64,000 nucleotides of DNA, from the IMG/VR virus record IMGVR_UViG_3300027861_000016, positions 1-64,000 of that record; one strand, 5' to 3'. Made by a program: the position numbers and the translations under genes. Under the pieces are notes generated by a model. The model did no database searches, was not told the origin of the DNA, and saw only the letters and a list, made by a program, of their open reading frames with translations. This DNA comes from a virus. Below, piece by piece: positions 21,101 through 29,115 of this stretch (position 1 is its first letter; the number at the start of each line of letters is the position of its first letter).

Positions 21101-24100
21101 TAATAGCTTTATCATATGCAAACTGTACTCTAGTATCCCAGAACTTATCTGATTTATCTATTTCAAATTTAAAGATTGTTCCAGATTTAATCTGAGTAGG
21201 ATCTTCCATCCAATTTGTAAAGTGGATATTCTCATTATTCATATCCTCTTCAGCTATGAATCTTTTGTCTCCTTCTTTAACTCTACCAGCTTTAGTTAAT
21301 GTATATGACTTATAAGCAGGAGTATTCAACATTGAACTATACTTATCTTCTGCAATATCTATAGCTTCTTCATTGACCCCTGTTCCTTCATTAACTTTCC
21401 CAGACATTGGAACACTGTTAGGATCTTCTATAGTAGCTTTAGGACTTGTTGATAATTGTTTATCGTAATAAGCATTAACATTATCTATTAACTCTTGTTC
21501 TGTAGCAGTATCTTTAAACATTTCTCCACTAAGAGATCCGGCTAGTTGCCAAGTATTTTTAGGTTCTCTGCCTCTACGTGCTATAGTCAACCCTTTTATT
21601 TTTTTCAAATCCGCAACTCTATTTTCTTCCAAAACCGAATCAGGGGTCTTTACACTATCCTTAGATGTTTCACTTTCACCTTCTACTTTATCTTTTTTAG
21701 TAGCTTGAGCTTCTTCTTTCTTTATAGCTTCTAATTTCTCTGTATACTTATCCTGTATTCTTTGTACAGCTATATCATTTTGTTTTTTAACTTCCTGTCT
21801 CTCTGCTTCTACTTTTTTAGTAGCTTTGTCAGTATTAACCGCCTCTCCTTTTATATTAAATGTATTTGTATTACTTACATTGTCAGATGTATATTCTATT
21901 AAAGGTTGCTTAGTTACTACATATATATCATCTCTAAGTTCTACAATACCAGGTTCTAATGTTCTTATACTTATATGCTCGGGCAATTTAGCATTGGTTG
22001 CTACAGCAGCCTGGTTTACATATATATCAGGAGAATTTAAAGCTAATTCTGTCATTTCAGCATTCTCACTATTATATGTTAAATATAATGTACCATCTGA
22101 GGATTCTATAACTCTATATGTACTGTACTCACCACTAGTGTTTGATTGCTCTTCAGCATTAAATTTATTATCTAAATAAGGAGCAGATAAAAAAGATTCT
22201 TTCCCAGAAATAGTAATCTGTTTAGAACCATCCTTCTGTTTTGCATTTTTAATAGCAGTTTCTGTTGCTTTATCAAGTGCAGCTAACTCGGCTTTTTTAC
22301 TTTGCTCAAGTTTTTTAATCTTCTCCTTCTTCTCCTTCTCTATAATAGCTTTCTTATCTTTAACACTCTCAGGTTTAACTTCCTCTTCTATATCTTCTTT
22401 CGTAGCTGTTACAGCTACTCTACCACCAAAAGGATCTGCTACTGGTTCAGGTGTAGTCTCAGGTTGTGAATCTTTTCTTTCTTTATTTTCATAAGCTTGT
22501 TTTGTAGACTCTGTTGTATTAGTAGGAGTAGCATGTTCTGTAGTTGTACTCTTTGCTGTAGATTTCTCTGGTCTAGTGTTAACAAAAGATTCTATTTCTA
22601 ATTCAGCCATAAGATCCTCAAATTCAGCTAAAGGATTATAGTTAAAATCTTCTCCATAGTTTCTTTCAACAGTAGCAAAAGTTTTAGTTAAATCTATTAA
22701 CCTTTCAATTTGCTCTTCTATAGCTGTATTATCTGTTTCATATTTCTCAGCTAATTTCTCTGCTTGATCCAAAACTTCTTTAGATAGGTTTGGATTTTCT
22801 AATTGTTCTCTTAGTTTATTACGTCTACCTTCTAAATATCTAATTTCATTTGTGTATTCTTGTATTTTATCTCTATTAACTGTAGAACGTTTTTCTTTTA
22901 TCTCTTCTTCTTTTACTTTAAACTCTTTGTCTCTAACAGTAGTAACAGCTAATTCTTCTAAAGCTTTAAACTGTTTATCATTAACTTTAGATTTAGCTTT
23001 GTCTAAAAGTAAAGCCATAGAATCAGCATTAGTTGATTCACTAATTCTTTGTTTAAAATCTTCAGTAAGAGCTTTTTGTCTCTTCTCTGTAAATTTAGGA
23101 TCAGTTAAAATATTATAATGTTCAGTATAAACTTGTGAAGCTACTAAAGCATCTGCTTTACTTTTATATAAATTATTTAATTCCTCATACTCATCAAAAG
23201 CTTTAACTTCTTTAGGTAATCCTTTAGTTTGTTCTAAGTCATTAAGTTGTTCTTGTACTTCATTTAATTTAACTTCTAACTTCTCTCTAGAATCCCTTAG
23301 TAATTCTGAGGGTTTACCTGTCTCCTCTTCAAACTTAACAGAGTGTTTCTCAATAGCATTAAGTTGCTTTTTTAAAGCTTCATATTGAAACTGTACTGGA
23401 TTTATATCTTCATCTGATACACTTTTAAAGTTAGCAACTAACTTCCCAGTTAAAGAAGCTATATCATTATTCTTTTGAGCTACTACTTCTTGAGTAGAAT
23501 TCTTTCTAGAATTTGCTTTATAAATAGCATTTACTACACCTAATCCTTCATTACCATATTTATGTCGTATTTTATTATAAGACTCATCTAAAGCAGGAAG
23601 TTTGGTCATATACTCAGAAGCAATCTTTCTATCTTCTTCTGGTAAGTTTTCATCATCTATTATTTGTTGAATAGATTCTCTCAACCCATCTACTTTATCA
23701 GCATTAAAATGATCTAAAGCTAATTCTTCAAATTGTTTACTTGTAATATCTTCAAATGTATTACTATCCCCTTGCTCAATAGCTTGGGCTTTTTTAACAA
23801 GATCTTCAGTACTACTTTTAATAGTTTTTCTTAGTTTCTCACTAACCTTATTTACATCACTAAGTTCTTCAAAATCATCTATAGCTCTCCCTGTTACTTT
23901 CTCTTGTAATTTAGCAGCACCTTTCATCATACCACTTTGAACTGGGCCTCCGACAACTCCCATTATACCGGTATAAAGTCCATCGGGAGAAGTAATATAG
24001 TCAAAAGCTCTTCCTACATATGTAGAATTGTTTTCAGCTTTAATATCTAAATCTATTAAAGCATTTCTTTCAACTTCTTTTTGAATAAGTCCAGTAGATA

Positions 24101-25010
24101 CTTCTTCTAAGTACTCTGTACTTGAACTCATTAGTCCATCTTTTAGAAGGTTTTTCTTAGCTTTATCTTTTAATCCTTGAGTGAAGTAATTTGATTTGAA
24201 TATAGATCCAACTTGTGCTGCGTCTGTAAGTATTAAAGCTTTACTTTGCCAAATTACATTATGCATTGCTTCATTACCTTTAGCTTCTGCTGTCTTATAG
24301 TCTATACCTGACATTAATGCTTTGTCCATTACAGATTTTCTAGTCTCAGCAGCATTAATTCTAGCTTCTGCATAGTTTAAAGCAGTAGCAGTACCAAGTT
24401 GTGTAATTAAAGCTGCACCTTTAGCTGTACCTTTCATTACTTTTAATAAAGCAGCCGCACCAGCTCCAATAGCAGAACCTGTTAAGGCTCCTGTAATACC
24501 AAAACCAACAGCAGATTCTAGTGTTGATGATAATGCTTCAGCATAAGAAGCAGGATCACTAAAATCAAATGTAGCACTTGGATCTTCTTTATAAATAGCA
24601 AATTCGTCTCTAAGACTTTCTTTAGCTTCTCTAGCTGATTCAGATAACCAGTTATCCATATTATCAGAAGTCTCAGCCCAATCAGCTATATCTAATAAAT
24701 AACCGGCATTCTCTCCAACAGACAATAGTCCACCAACTAATCCTGTACCAATAGCCCGTCTAAACTGTTCCCCTGCTGTTTGCCTTTCTGCCCTAGAAGC
24801 ATCTAATCCTGCTTGTGAAGTTATGCCTTCTGGGAAATAGTCTTCATACTCACTAATATCAAAATTAGTAAGCTCTCCCTCTAAGAGGGATTTTCTTACA
24901 GAAGGCTCTTCTATATAATCAGATTCTCCTAAAATAGATGTATCTTCCTCTGGTCTATATGCAGCCTCTTGTTCTTCACTATATTCCGGTGTTCCTAGTA
25001 TATCACTCAT
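15165..25010 (-). CDS. Giant virion polyprotein: N-terminal membrane-type helices, coiled coils, zincin peptidase, N-terminal (beta-like) half of virion RNA polymerase
   Basis: 3281 aa; Gly-rich hydrophobic helices near the N-terminus; HEAWH zincin motif at 18921-18935; RNAP-type motifs 'NQGDAQCYIT', 'LKYSQAVLHP', 'FESAMKLG', 'GSQVKK', 'KFKMPGGAFIQMS' near the C-terminus. Confidence 0.82.
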   Translation of the reverse strand: MSDILGTPEYSEEQEAAYRPEEDTSILGESDYIEEPSVRKSLLEGELTNFDISEYEDYFPEGITSQAGLDASRAERQTAGEQFRRAIGTGLVGGLLSVGENAGYLLDIADWAETSDNMDNWLSESAREAKESLRDEFAIYKEDPSATFDFSDPASYAEALSSTLESAVGFGITGALTGSAIGAGAAALLKVMKGTAKGAALITQLGTATALNYAEARINAAETRKSVMDKALMSGIDYKTAEAKGNEAMHNVIWQSKALILTDAAQVGSIFKSNYFTQGLKDKAKKNLLKDGLMSSSTEYLEEVSTGLIQKEVERNALIDLDIKAENNSTYVGRAFDYITSPDGLYTGIMGVVGGPVQSGMMKGAAKLQEKVTGRAIDDFEELSDVNKVSEKLRKTIKSSTEDLVKKAQAIEQGDSNTFEDITSKQFEELALDHFNADKVDGLRESIQQIIDDENLPEEDRKIASEYMTKLPALDESYNKIRHKYGNEGLGVVNAIYKANSRKNSTQEVVAQKNNDIASLTGKLVANFKSVSDEDINPVQFQYEALKKQLNAIEKHSVKFEEETGKPSELLRDSREKLEVKLNEVQEQLNDLEQTKGLPKEVKAFDEYEELNNLYKSKADALVASQVYTEHYNILTDPKFTEKRQKALTEDFKQRISESTNADSMALLLDKAKSKVNDKQFKALEELAVTTVRDKEFKVKEEEIKEKRSTVNRDKIQEYTNEIRYLEGRRNKLREQLENPNLSKEVLDQAEKLAEKYETDNTAIEEQIERLIDLTKTFATVERNYGEDFNYNPLAEFEDLMAELEIESFVNTRPEKSTAKSTTTEHATPTNTTESTKQAYENKERKDSQPETTPEPVADPFGGRVAVTATKEDIEEEVKPESVKDKKAIIEKEKKEKIKKLEQSKKAELAALDKATETAIKNAKQKDGSKQITISGKESFLSAPYLDNKFNAEEQSNTSGEYSTYRVIESSDGTLYLTYNSENAEMTELALNSPDIYVNQAAVATNAKLPEHISIRTLEPGIVELRDDIYVVTKQPLIEYTSDNVSNTNTFNIKGEAVNTDKATKKVEAERQEVKKQNDIAVQRIQDKYTEKLEAIKKEEAQATKKDKVEGESETSKDSVKTPDSVLEENRVADLKKIKGLTIARRGREPKNTWQLAGSLSGEMFKDTATEQELIDNVNAYYDKQLSTSPKATIEDPNSVPMSGKVNEGTGVNEEAIDIAEDKYSSMLNTPAYKSYTLTKAGRVKEGDKRFIAEEDMNNENIHFTNWMEDPTQIKSGTIFKFEIDKSDKFWDTRVQFAYDKAIREGDVALTSLKIEDFSSIPIKMVAYKKDGTKELYNGKSLESYHKTSKKGTAKQYVTERINMIRTLAQGGTAETTIDGVVNGKLSTISVEENLKRIKKGTNVNLYEAFKDTENGLTVLIADLQHNLNLAPGVTDPDHEGQGVNTPGFAYASLDSAEEQDGKKKKGLIRLNPNKVSKEIANEVYEAARAIMSNDKNEKPNTAFKSPSGQVEGLTNLQLINLVAFEGSSSTYKSKTPFWVNTVDKTIDGVDLPKGVYFEGSTTPTFEGDISKNKAEIIELLQNLPTTAQLYSINQNFRDKNIKDTFSFFGTDYSPNDEYNKFIFDQNFVYTNAEVYRGNVLYVNPLATYSEIRMEDATPVVDNNTEASEELKKPEEEKVAKKVVDETGAFDPAAMFSAMSQVNTSELNQVITEKEKEFVKEVVETKEEEVYDIPDNTSIIKGEDGTYDIRHQDEGVIGEYRTLKEAIEIANKYGEKKKVTKEEVKLREEWKEELAEYQIGKQESGDSEADMADLDFAQDRMMPDPDFFDDGDEYDAAVEQVLASKEYNDLSVDKGIAKINAKYEAKLLELKTPKPIVKEKAIDRKQELKSKISSLNSFLETTESTSARTQGIKDLTKAEKELATLEPPVKEVPELDENEFDDLLKELEDEVGDDEDVSFSTVNGQTDLDSINIPAAESWLKKSLPYTNLTVVNGLLNVPGGGFAEGSFRNGLITLSSNASKGTQYHEAWHAVSQMYLTEAQRIKIYDRWRKDNNSTLDNKKVEEKIAEELRQYMFSNREVKVTGWMKWLYDAIMDFIDLFRNSKHQTFSRLRRGQFDYKPTNMSDVELFSETTLSTMNVRDAVNTITYHAANKMGAVDFDRGRLKNSSFNIGLKYAKLQIVKQYKEQVNKNKDLATIYYQLIKDFDTYAAMAKNNLISLDIVESKKKDYTEEDARRRNYEDYDVTGEQIYSKSSLEYAAKDNATGNVKLMLGFIPDKNAENNSIGGRSFYPAGKTWIDVARATAGIVSEGDVYLEMYKAIEEKATIDEYSYLTEVLKRLKGAEEFQRTQFVNAFSVTNVDYRAFISYMSENGDVDLKVVNASSQGSEKIIEKEWTTNFTESFLTEEDAYTKPSKLNTISRVIEEVTPILQAAVKREEKRVRREDSEVLSKAFTDLGIPLTIPQIENYFLELTAKKKTIKTGMYEMSKLFLGNKNTPISISSMLEEGFTWNYNGKNPLGDVNGGSYLIQALSRIASYSSNVQGDSMILGPEGNKYSTLGQYTQMDKTLALWKRSDSAFTKHVNQMFHRHSFMLQDMGKNKGRGIENYSITTHSTNKVEGGNLPDSGSKSANLVSQDDVVERIGATLSANFPILTFGDKPTVRYLTYNDQSKDPAAKFRSGIKFDGTGYQITKTVTDQMIQYFYGEYERIVSVASSGTKVVKDRDGKDVTKFKDEINGGDLKSAFFGSLSYGTDLANELDLYGDMGKGKVHLLDLKDLQENEVLVNYMKELVEKRLKEQKTFLAGEGILIDRGRKIQGLDKELTNFTSQAAIHNNMNELLADYWFMGWTANVETMFIFGGDPAFYSDVSKRIQALGSDGQQLRVDGERVKRTYNVAVLNDLKTGAAKEFYDRNLAKLIKDKKAANPKLSDKQAKKEAKEQLKPYEEINQGDAQCYITLARFREIQNGLGNWTPEHEATYQKMLDPNVEVDYSNILKLQALKGTHFEVRQDENGRGIPSFLKYSQAVLHPRLVKDTQLENVLKQMEVDNVDELLFESAMKLGATEKSSFESIASGETVKGHLKPITLSNFNWKLQVDNPSKYDKKGESLAGSQVKKNILANIALDEDVYSLDGKMVDGREIQRQVLETESALSDIGRNKLLKQYGITQDVDGRLNVPESLQPIYDSLLEEAIADSESINTIYALENNIPLDAIFQIRDKIESKLLAAITKSTVKFKMPGGAFIQMSNAGMKSLKQLSKEDIDISKALSSGLIQMLDEDNNKCGE

Positions 25011-25044
25011 ATTATCCTTATCAATTTTATATTTTATATATTAT

Positions 25045-27300
25045 TTACTCTCTTCCAATTAATCTACCATGCAACTTTACGAGAGCATCATCAATTGTGT
25101 CACCAGATGAGATAGATGATCCATCTTTTCTGAGTATTTCTACTCCCGTAGGCTTCCCACTTTTATTCTTAATCTTCTTAAATGTAAAATTATATGTTTC
25201 ATTTGTAGCAGGATCTGTATATCCCCAACCAGAAGTCTCTTCATTACCTCTTAAAATATTATTAATAGCTACTTTATCTATCTGCTTAAATCTATTACCT
25301 GCTTCTAGACCCATTATAAGCTTATCTATACCAGGTATAATCTTACCATCAGAATCATATCTTTGCTTTTCAAGATCTCCTTTGTATTTTCTATACATTG
25401 ATTGTCCCAATTCAGCATTATTTGCTTTCACATACTGCTCTCTTGTTTCAGTAGTATTTGAGTTTTTTACAATCATTTTATAAATATACTCTGATCCTGT
25501 TGCAGATGTAGGTAAAAATATAACTTCTGATTTACTATTCACTCCTCCTAATTTTTTTAATTCCGTTGAAGCTTTGTTTTGAAAGTCAACAGCTTGTTGA
25601 GTTATTCCCTTTTCATTTGTAAAAGTAAGAGCGTTTACATTATTTTTCATAAACTCACCATTGTAAAGAATTCCTTCATCAGCAGCACTTTGTAAATCTT
25701 TACGAGCAGTGGGGTTCCCCCATATACTTAACTGTCTTCCTGTAGTTCTAAGCTTCTTAGTTTTGGCGTAAGAATCTATAGCGTCTCTATGTTGTGTAAT
25801 ACGTTCCTGTATAAACTTATTATCTTCAGGTGATTTCCTAAGCATTGTTTCTATTTCTTGCTGTTCCTGAGGAGTCATGTTTTGCATATTTGTCTTTTTC
25901 CATGATTTAAAAACATCCTTTTCAAAATCAGTAGCTAACGCACTCTCCAACCAAGAAAGACTATTAGAATCATAAAGTAACTTATTAATTGTTTTATCAC
26001 TTAATCCTTCTTCAGATAAATAGTTTTTATGCTTTTCTAACTCACCTTGTTGAGTAGGATCATTATAAAAAGTATCAATTTCATATTTCTGTTGTGATCT
26101 AGACTGTTCTAGTGTCCTAAGTGTATTCATATGCTGATCTCTTTCTTCAGCGGTAAATTCTCCTTTTTTATACTTCTCCATAATCTTTGTACTGACATGA
26201 TCACTGTCTACAGATCCATCGTCGTTGAATATAAGATTTGGATTATTAGTTATTTCTTTAACATCTAAAGCTCTAACAATATCTTTCTTACTTTGATTTA
26301 TAATCTCTACCTGATCCTGTTGATTAATCTTATCTGTATTTTGATTAGCTATAGTAATTGAAGCTGTACTTAAAGCATCATTATATATTTTAGCTTTTGT
26401 TCTAGCATTTTTTTCTGCTTGAGTAGGCTTACGTAAATCTTTCAAATCCTTATCTGTTTGATCTACTTCAAATTGCATACCTGTAGCTGTAATTAGATTT
26501 TGTATCATCTCATCAGAATCATAACTAGCATCATTCATTATATCTTTAAAGTTCCTAACATCTTTATCAGATAACGCCATTTGATCTAAAGCTTTTGTTA
26601 TTACTTCTTTAGCAAGTTCTTTCTTCTTTGTAGTACTTCTGGTATCATAACCATCAATAGCTAATTGACTTTCTTCTTTTAATAACCCTAAATATGTATT
26701 GATTTGAGGTTTCATTTGTCCAGCAAACTTAGCCATCTTAGCTTGTACATCAGGTGTTGGGGCTAAGTTGTATAAATTATATTCTGCGTCTCCCAACTTC
26801 CCTCCTGCTTCATTATACTTTCTAAGATAATTTGCTTTTATATCTCTAGCCGTCTCAGCACCTCTACCTCCTTTAGCTATTATCTTATCTTGTAGTTCCA
26901 TGTCTCTTTTAAACTGTTCACCACGTTTATGCATTTCACCCAAAGGTCCAGTACTTAATTCCTTTTTTAACTTATTAGCCAAGCCTCTAATTTCATTCTG
27001 AGCTTTTCCATAATCGCCTCCTACAGATTCCGATATTTCTGAAATTCTATTATTATAGTCAGCCAATCGCTCATTCTTATAGGCTTCGTCTGCTCCTATT
27101 TGACCTTCAGCTCCAGGAATAGTATCTATTTTAGCTATTGAGGCATTTATATCATCAATAGTTCCTGTTGTATCATCATATTGCTTTTGTTTCACATCTA
27201 CCGCCTTTTGCATTTGAGCAAAAGGAAGTGGTATATGTTGAGACACATAATCTTGTTGAAATGTGTCTCTAACTGGTTGCATATATTCATTAACTGCCAT
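25045..27300 (-). CDS. Virion cargo (ejection) protein
   Basis: 751 aa helical; N-terminus 'MAVNEY..P....YV..IPLPF' resembles crAss-like cargo proteins; lies upstream of the vRNAP. Confidence 0.6.
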   Translation of the reverse strand: MAVNEYMQPVRDTFQQDYVSQHIPLPFAQMQKAVDVKQKQYDDTTGTIDDINASIAKIDTIPGAEGQIGADEAYKNERLADYNNRISEISESVGGDYGKAQNEIRGLANKLKKELSTGPLGEMHKRGEQFKRDMELQDKIIAKGGRGAETARDIKANYLRKYNEAGGKLGDAEYNLYNLAPTPDVQAKMAKFAGQMKPQINTYLGLLKEESQLAIDGYDTRSTTKKKELAKEVITKALDQMALSDKDVRNFKDIMNDASYDSDEMIQNLITATGMQFEVDQTDKDLKDLRKPTQAEKNARTKAKIYNDALSTASITIANQNTDKINQQDQVEIINQSKKDIVRALDVKEITNNPNLIFNDDGSVDSDHVSTKIMEKYKKGEFTAEERDQHMNTLRTLEQSRSQQKYEIDTFYNDPTQQGELEKHKNYLSEEGLSDKTINKLLYDSNSLSWLESALATDFEKDVFKSWKKTNMQNMTPQEQQEIETMLRKSPEDNKFIQERITQHRDAIDSYAKTKKLRTTGRQLSIWGNPTARKDLQSAADEGILYNGEFMKNNVNALTFTNEKGITQQAVDFQNKASTELKKLGGVNSKSEVIFLPTSATGSEYIYKMIVKNSNTTETREQYVKANNAELGQSMYRKYKGDLEKQRYDSDGKIIPGIDKLIMGLEAGNRFKQIDKVAINNILRGNEETSGWGYTDPATNETYNFTFKKIKNKSGKPTGVEILRKDGSSISSGDTIDDALVKLHGRLIGRE

Positions 27301-29111
27301 TATTTTGTAGTCTTAGTATTAATAAACTCTAATTTTTGTGTGTCTGGATTTATTCTATAGTTGTTAGATAATAAATATTGTAATGTTTTCTGATCCATCT
27401 CATCAGCCTTTTTATCTTTGTTCTTCATATATAACTTCTGAGAGCCTACTTGAGCTAATTTCCCAACATCACTCATAGCTTCACCTAAGAATGCTTCTTT
27501 CTGTGCTTCTCCTCTTCTAGTAGCATCTTGAATATTCAGTTGTTGTTTCTGACTATTCTCTCTTTCCATATTACTCATTTGAGTATTTTGTTGAGCTATT
27601 TGCTGTTGTTTCAATTGCTCTCCTCTATTAATCTGTCCTCTTTGTTCAGCAGCTTTAGCAGAAGTCTGTGATAATCTACCTAAAGCTTGTCCTCTACTTA
27701 GTCCAGATTTATCTATTCCTCTTTGAACTGCTCTTTCAGATTTCAATACATTCTCTCTATCTACATCTGATGTATCTTCATATTTATATCTTTCTAATTC
27801 CAAAGGTACTTCTTTTGGAGCAGAAACTGCTTCTTGACTCTTTAAATATTTATGTAGAGGTGAAGCAAATTGTCCAGCAGTTAAAGCAGCTTGTCCTACT
27901 TTATTTAATCCTGAACCATCTCCTCTTTCTCTATTAGCTAATTTCTCTTTTAATGTAGGTTCTGTAGGATTTACTATTCCACTTTGATTCAAAGAAGAAT
28001 CTGAAATATCATTTACTCTTCCTAATGGTGAAGTCCCTTGTCCTACATTAGTTGCTTTGTTTATAGGATTAACTCTAGAAGTATTTTTATAACTAATACC
28101 ATCAACTCCTATTCCTTCTGTTCCTGTTCTAGTAGCTTTATTCATAGGTCTAGTAGTTTCCCCTTGGTTCATAAATCCAAAGGATGAAGCTAGTGGGTCA
28201 TAAGGCTCATTCTTAGCTACTCCAGGTAATGTATCAAATTGACTACTTAAATATCCTTTAGTTTTATCTTCACCATACTGTCCTGAATCTAATACAACTT
28301 CTCCTCCGTTTGCAAATTTATCAATAGATACTTCATCTGTACCTTGAATCTCACCTGTAATATCTTGTTCATTAGGAGAAAGATTGCCTGTATTAAAAGA
28401 TTGTGTAGAAAACTTATTGGTTCCAGGAACATTAGTAGGATCTCCATCATTACCTTGAGGGTTCTTTACATCAGCAGGCAAATTATCTCTTTCTTTCTCT
28501 AATCTTTTCTTAGCTCCTTTATCCCCATTAAGTTTTACTTTCCTAATATCATTTAGAATAGATTTAGCTTTATCTGGATTATTCTGTGTATCAAATACAA
28601 CATCACCATCTTCCGCCATTACTTTATTACCTCCTTCTGCATGAGATTTAGTTCCTAAGTTCTTTATATTAAACTTAGAATCAGTATGAATTTCAGGAGA
28701 TACTTTTCCTTCGATTTCAATAGCTTTAGTACCTTTTGCGAATTGGTCAATCCTTGTTGTTTGTTGATCAATTTGTGTGTCTCCAATACCTAAGTCTTTA
28801 TATGTTTCATTCTTTCTTAGAGCGTCAGCTCTAGCAGACTCTTCTCTAGCAACAGCTTTTTTACCTGAACCATATCCTTGAGCACCACCGGCAATTCCAC
28901 CGGCGGCTCCTCCAATTACTGTTCCCCAAGGACCAAAAGCACTTCCAATAGAAGCACCAGCAGATGCTCCAGCCATAGCTCCTTGTGCTGTAGTACTTCC
29001 TACATCTGTTGTAACTTCAGGAACTAATATCTGTTTAGCTCCTGCATTATAAGCCTTGACTTTCTTAATGCCTTTAGCTGCTTTCTTTAATTTCGATTTT
29101 CTACAAGCCAT
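27300..29111 (-). CDS. Cargo protein 1-like ejection protein with glycine-zipper membrane hairpin
   Basis: 603 aa; 'GAMAGASAGASIGSAFGPWGTVIGGAAGGIAGG' zipper; 'GTKSHAEGG' motif; Q-rich coiled coil; follows the muzzle gene. Confidence 0.65.
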   Translation of the reverse strand: MACRKSKLKKAAKGIKKVKAYNAGAKQILVPEVTTDVGSTTAQGAMAGASAGASIGSAFGPWGTVIGGAAGGIAGGAQGYGSGKKAVAREESARADALRKNETYKDLGIGDTQIDQQTTRIDQFAKGTKAIEIEGKVSPEIHTDSKFNIKNLGTKSHAEGGNKVMAEDGDVVFDTQNNPDKAKSILNDIRKVKLNGDKGAKKRLEKERDNLPADVKNPQGNDGDPTNVPGTNKFSTQSFNTGNLSPNEQDITGEIQGTDEVSIDKFANGGEVVLDSGQYGEDKTKGYLSSQFDTLPGVAKNEPYDPLASSFGFMNQGETTRPMNKATRTGTEGIGVDGISYKNTSRVNPINKATNVGQGTSPLGRVNDISDSSLNQSGIVNPTEPTLKEKLANRERGDGSGLNKVGQAALTAGQFASPLHKYLKSQEAVSAPKEVPLELERYKYEDTSDVDRENVLKSERAVQRGIDKSGLSRGQALGRLSQTSAKAAEQRGQINRGEQLKQQQIAQQNTQMSNMERENSQKQQLNIQDATRRGEAQKEAFLGEAMSDVGKLAQVGSQKLYMKNKDKKADEMDQKTLQYLLSNNYRINPDTQKLEFINTKTTK

Positions 29112-29115
29112 AATT

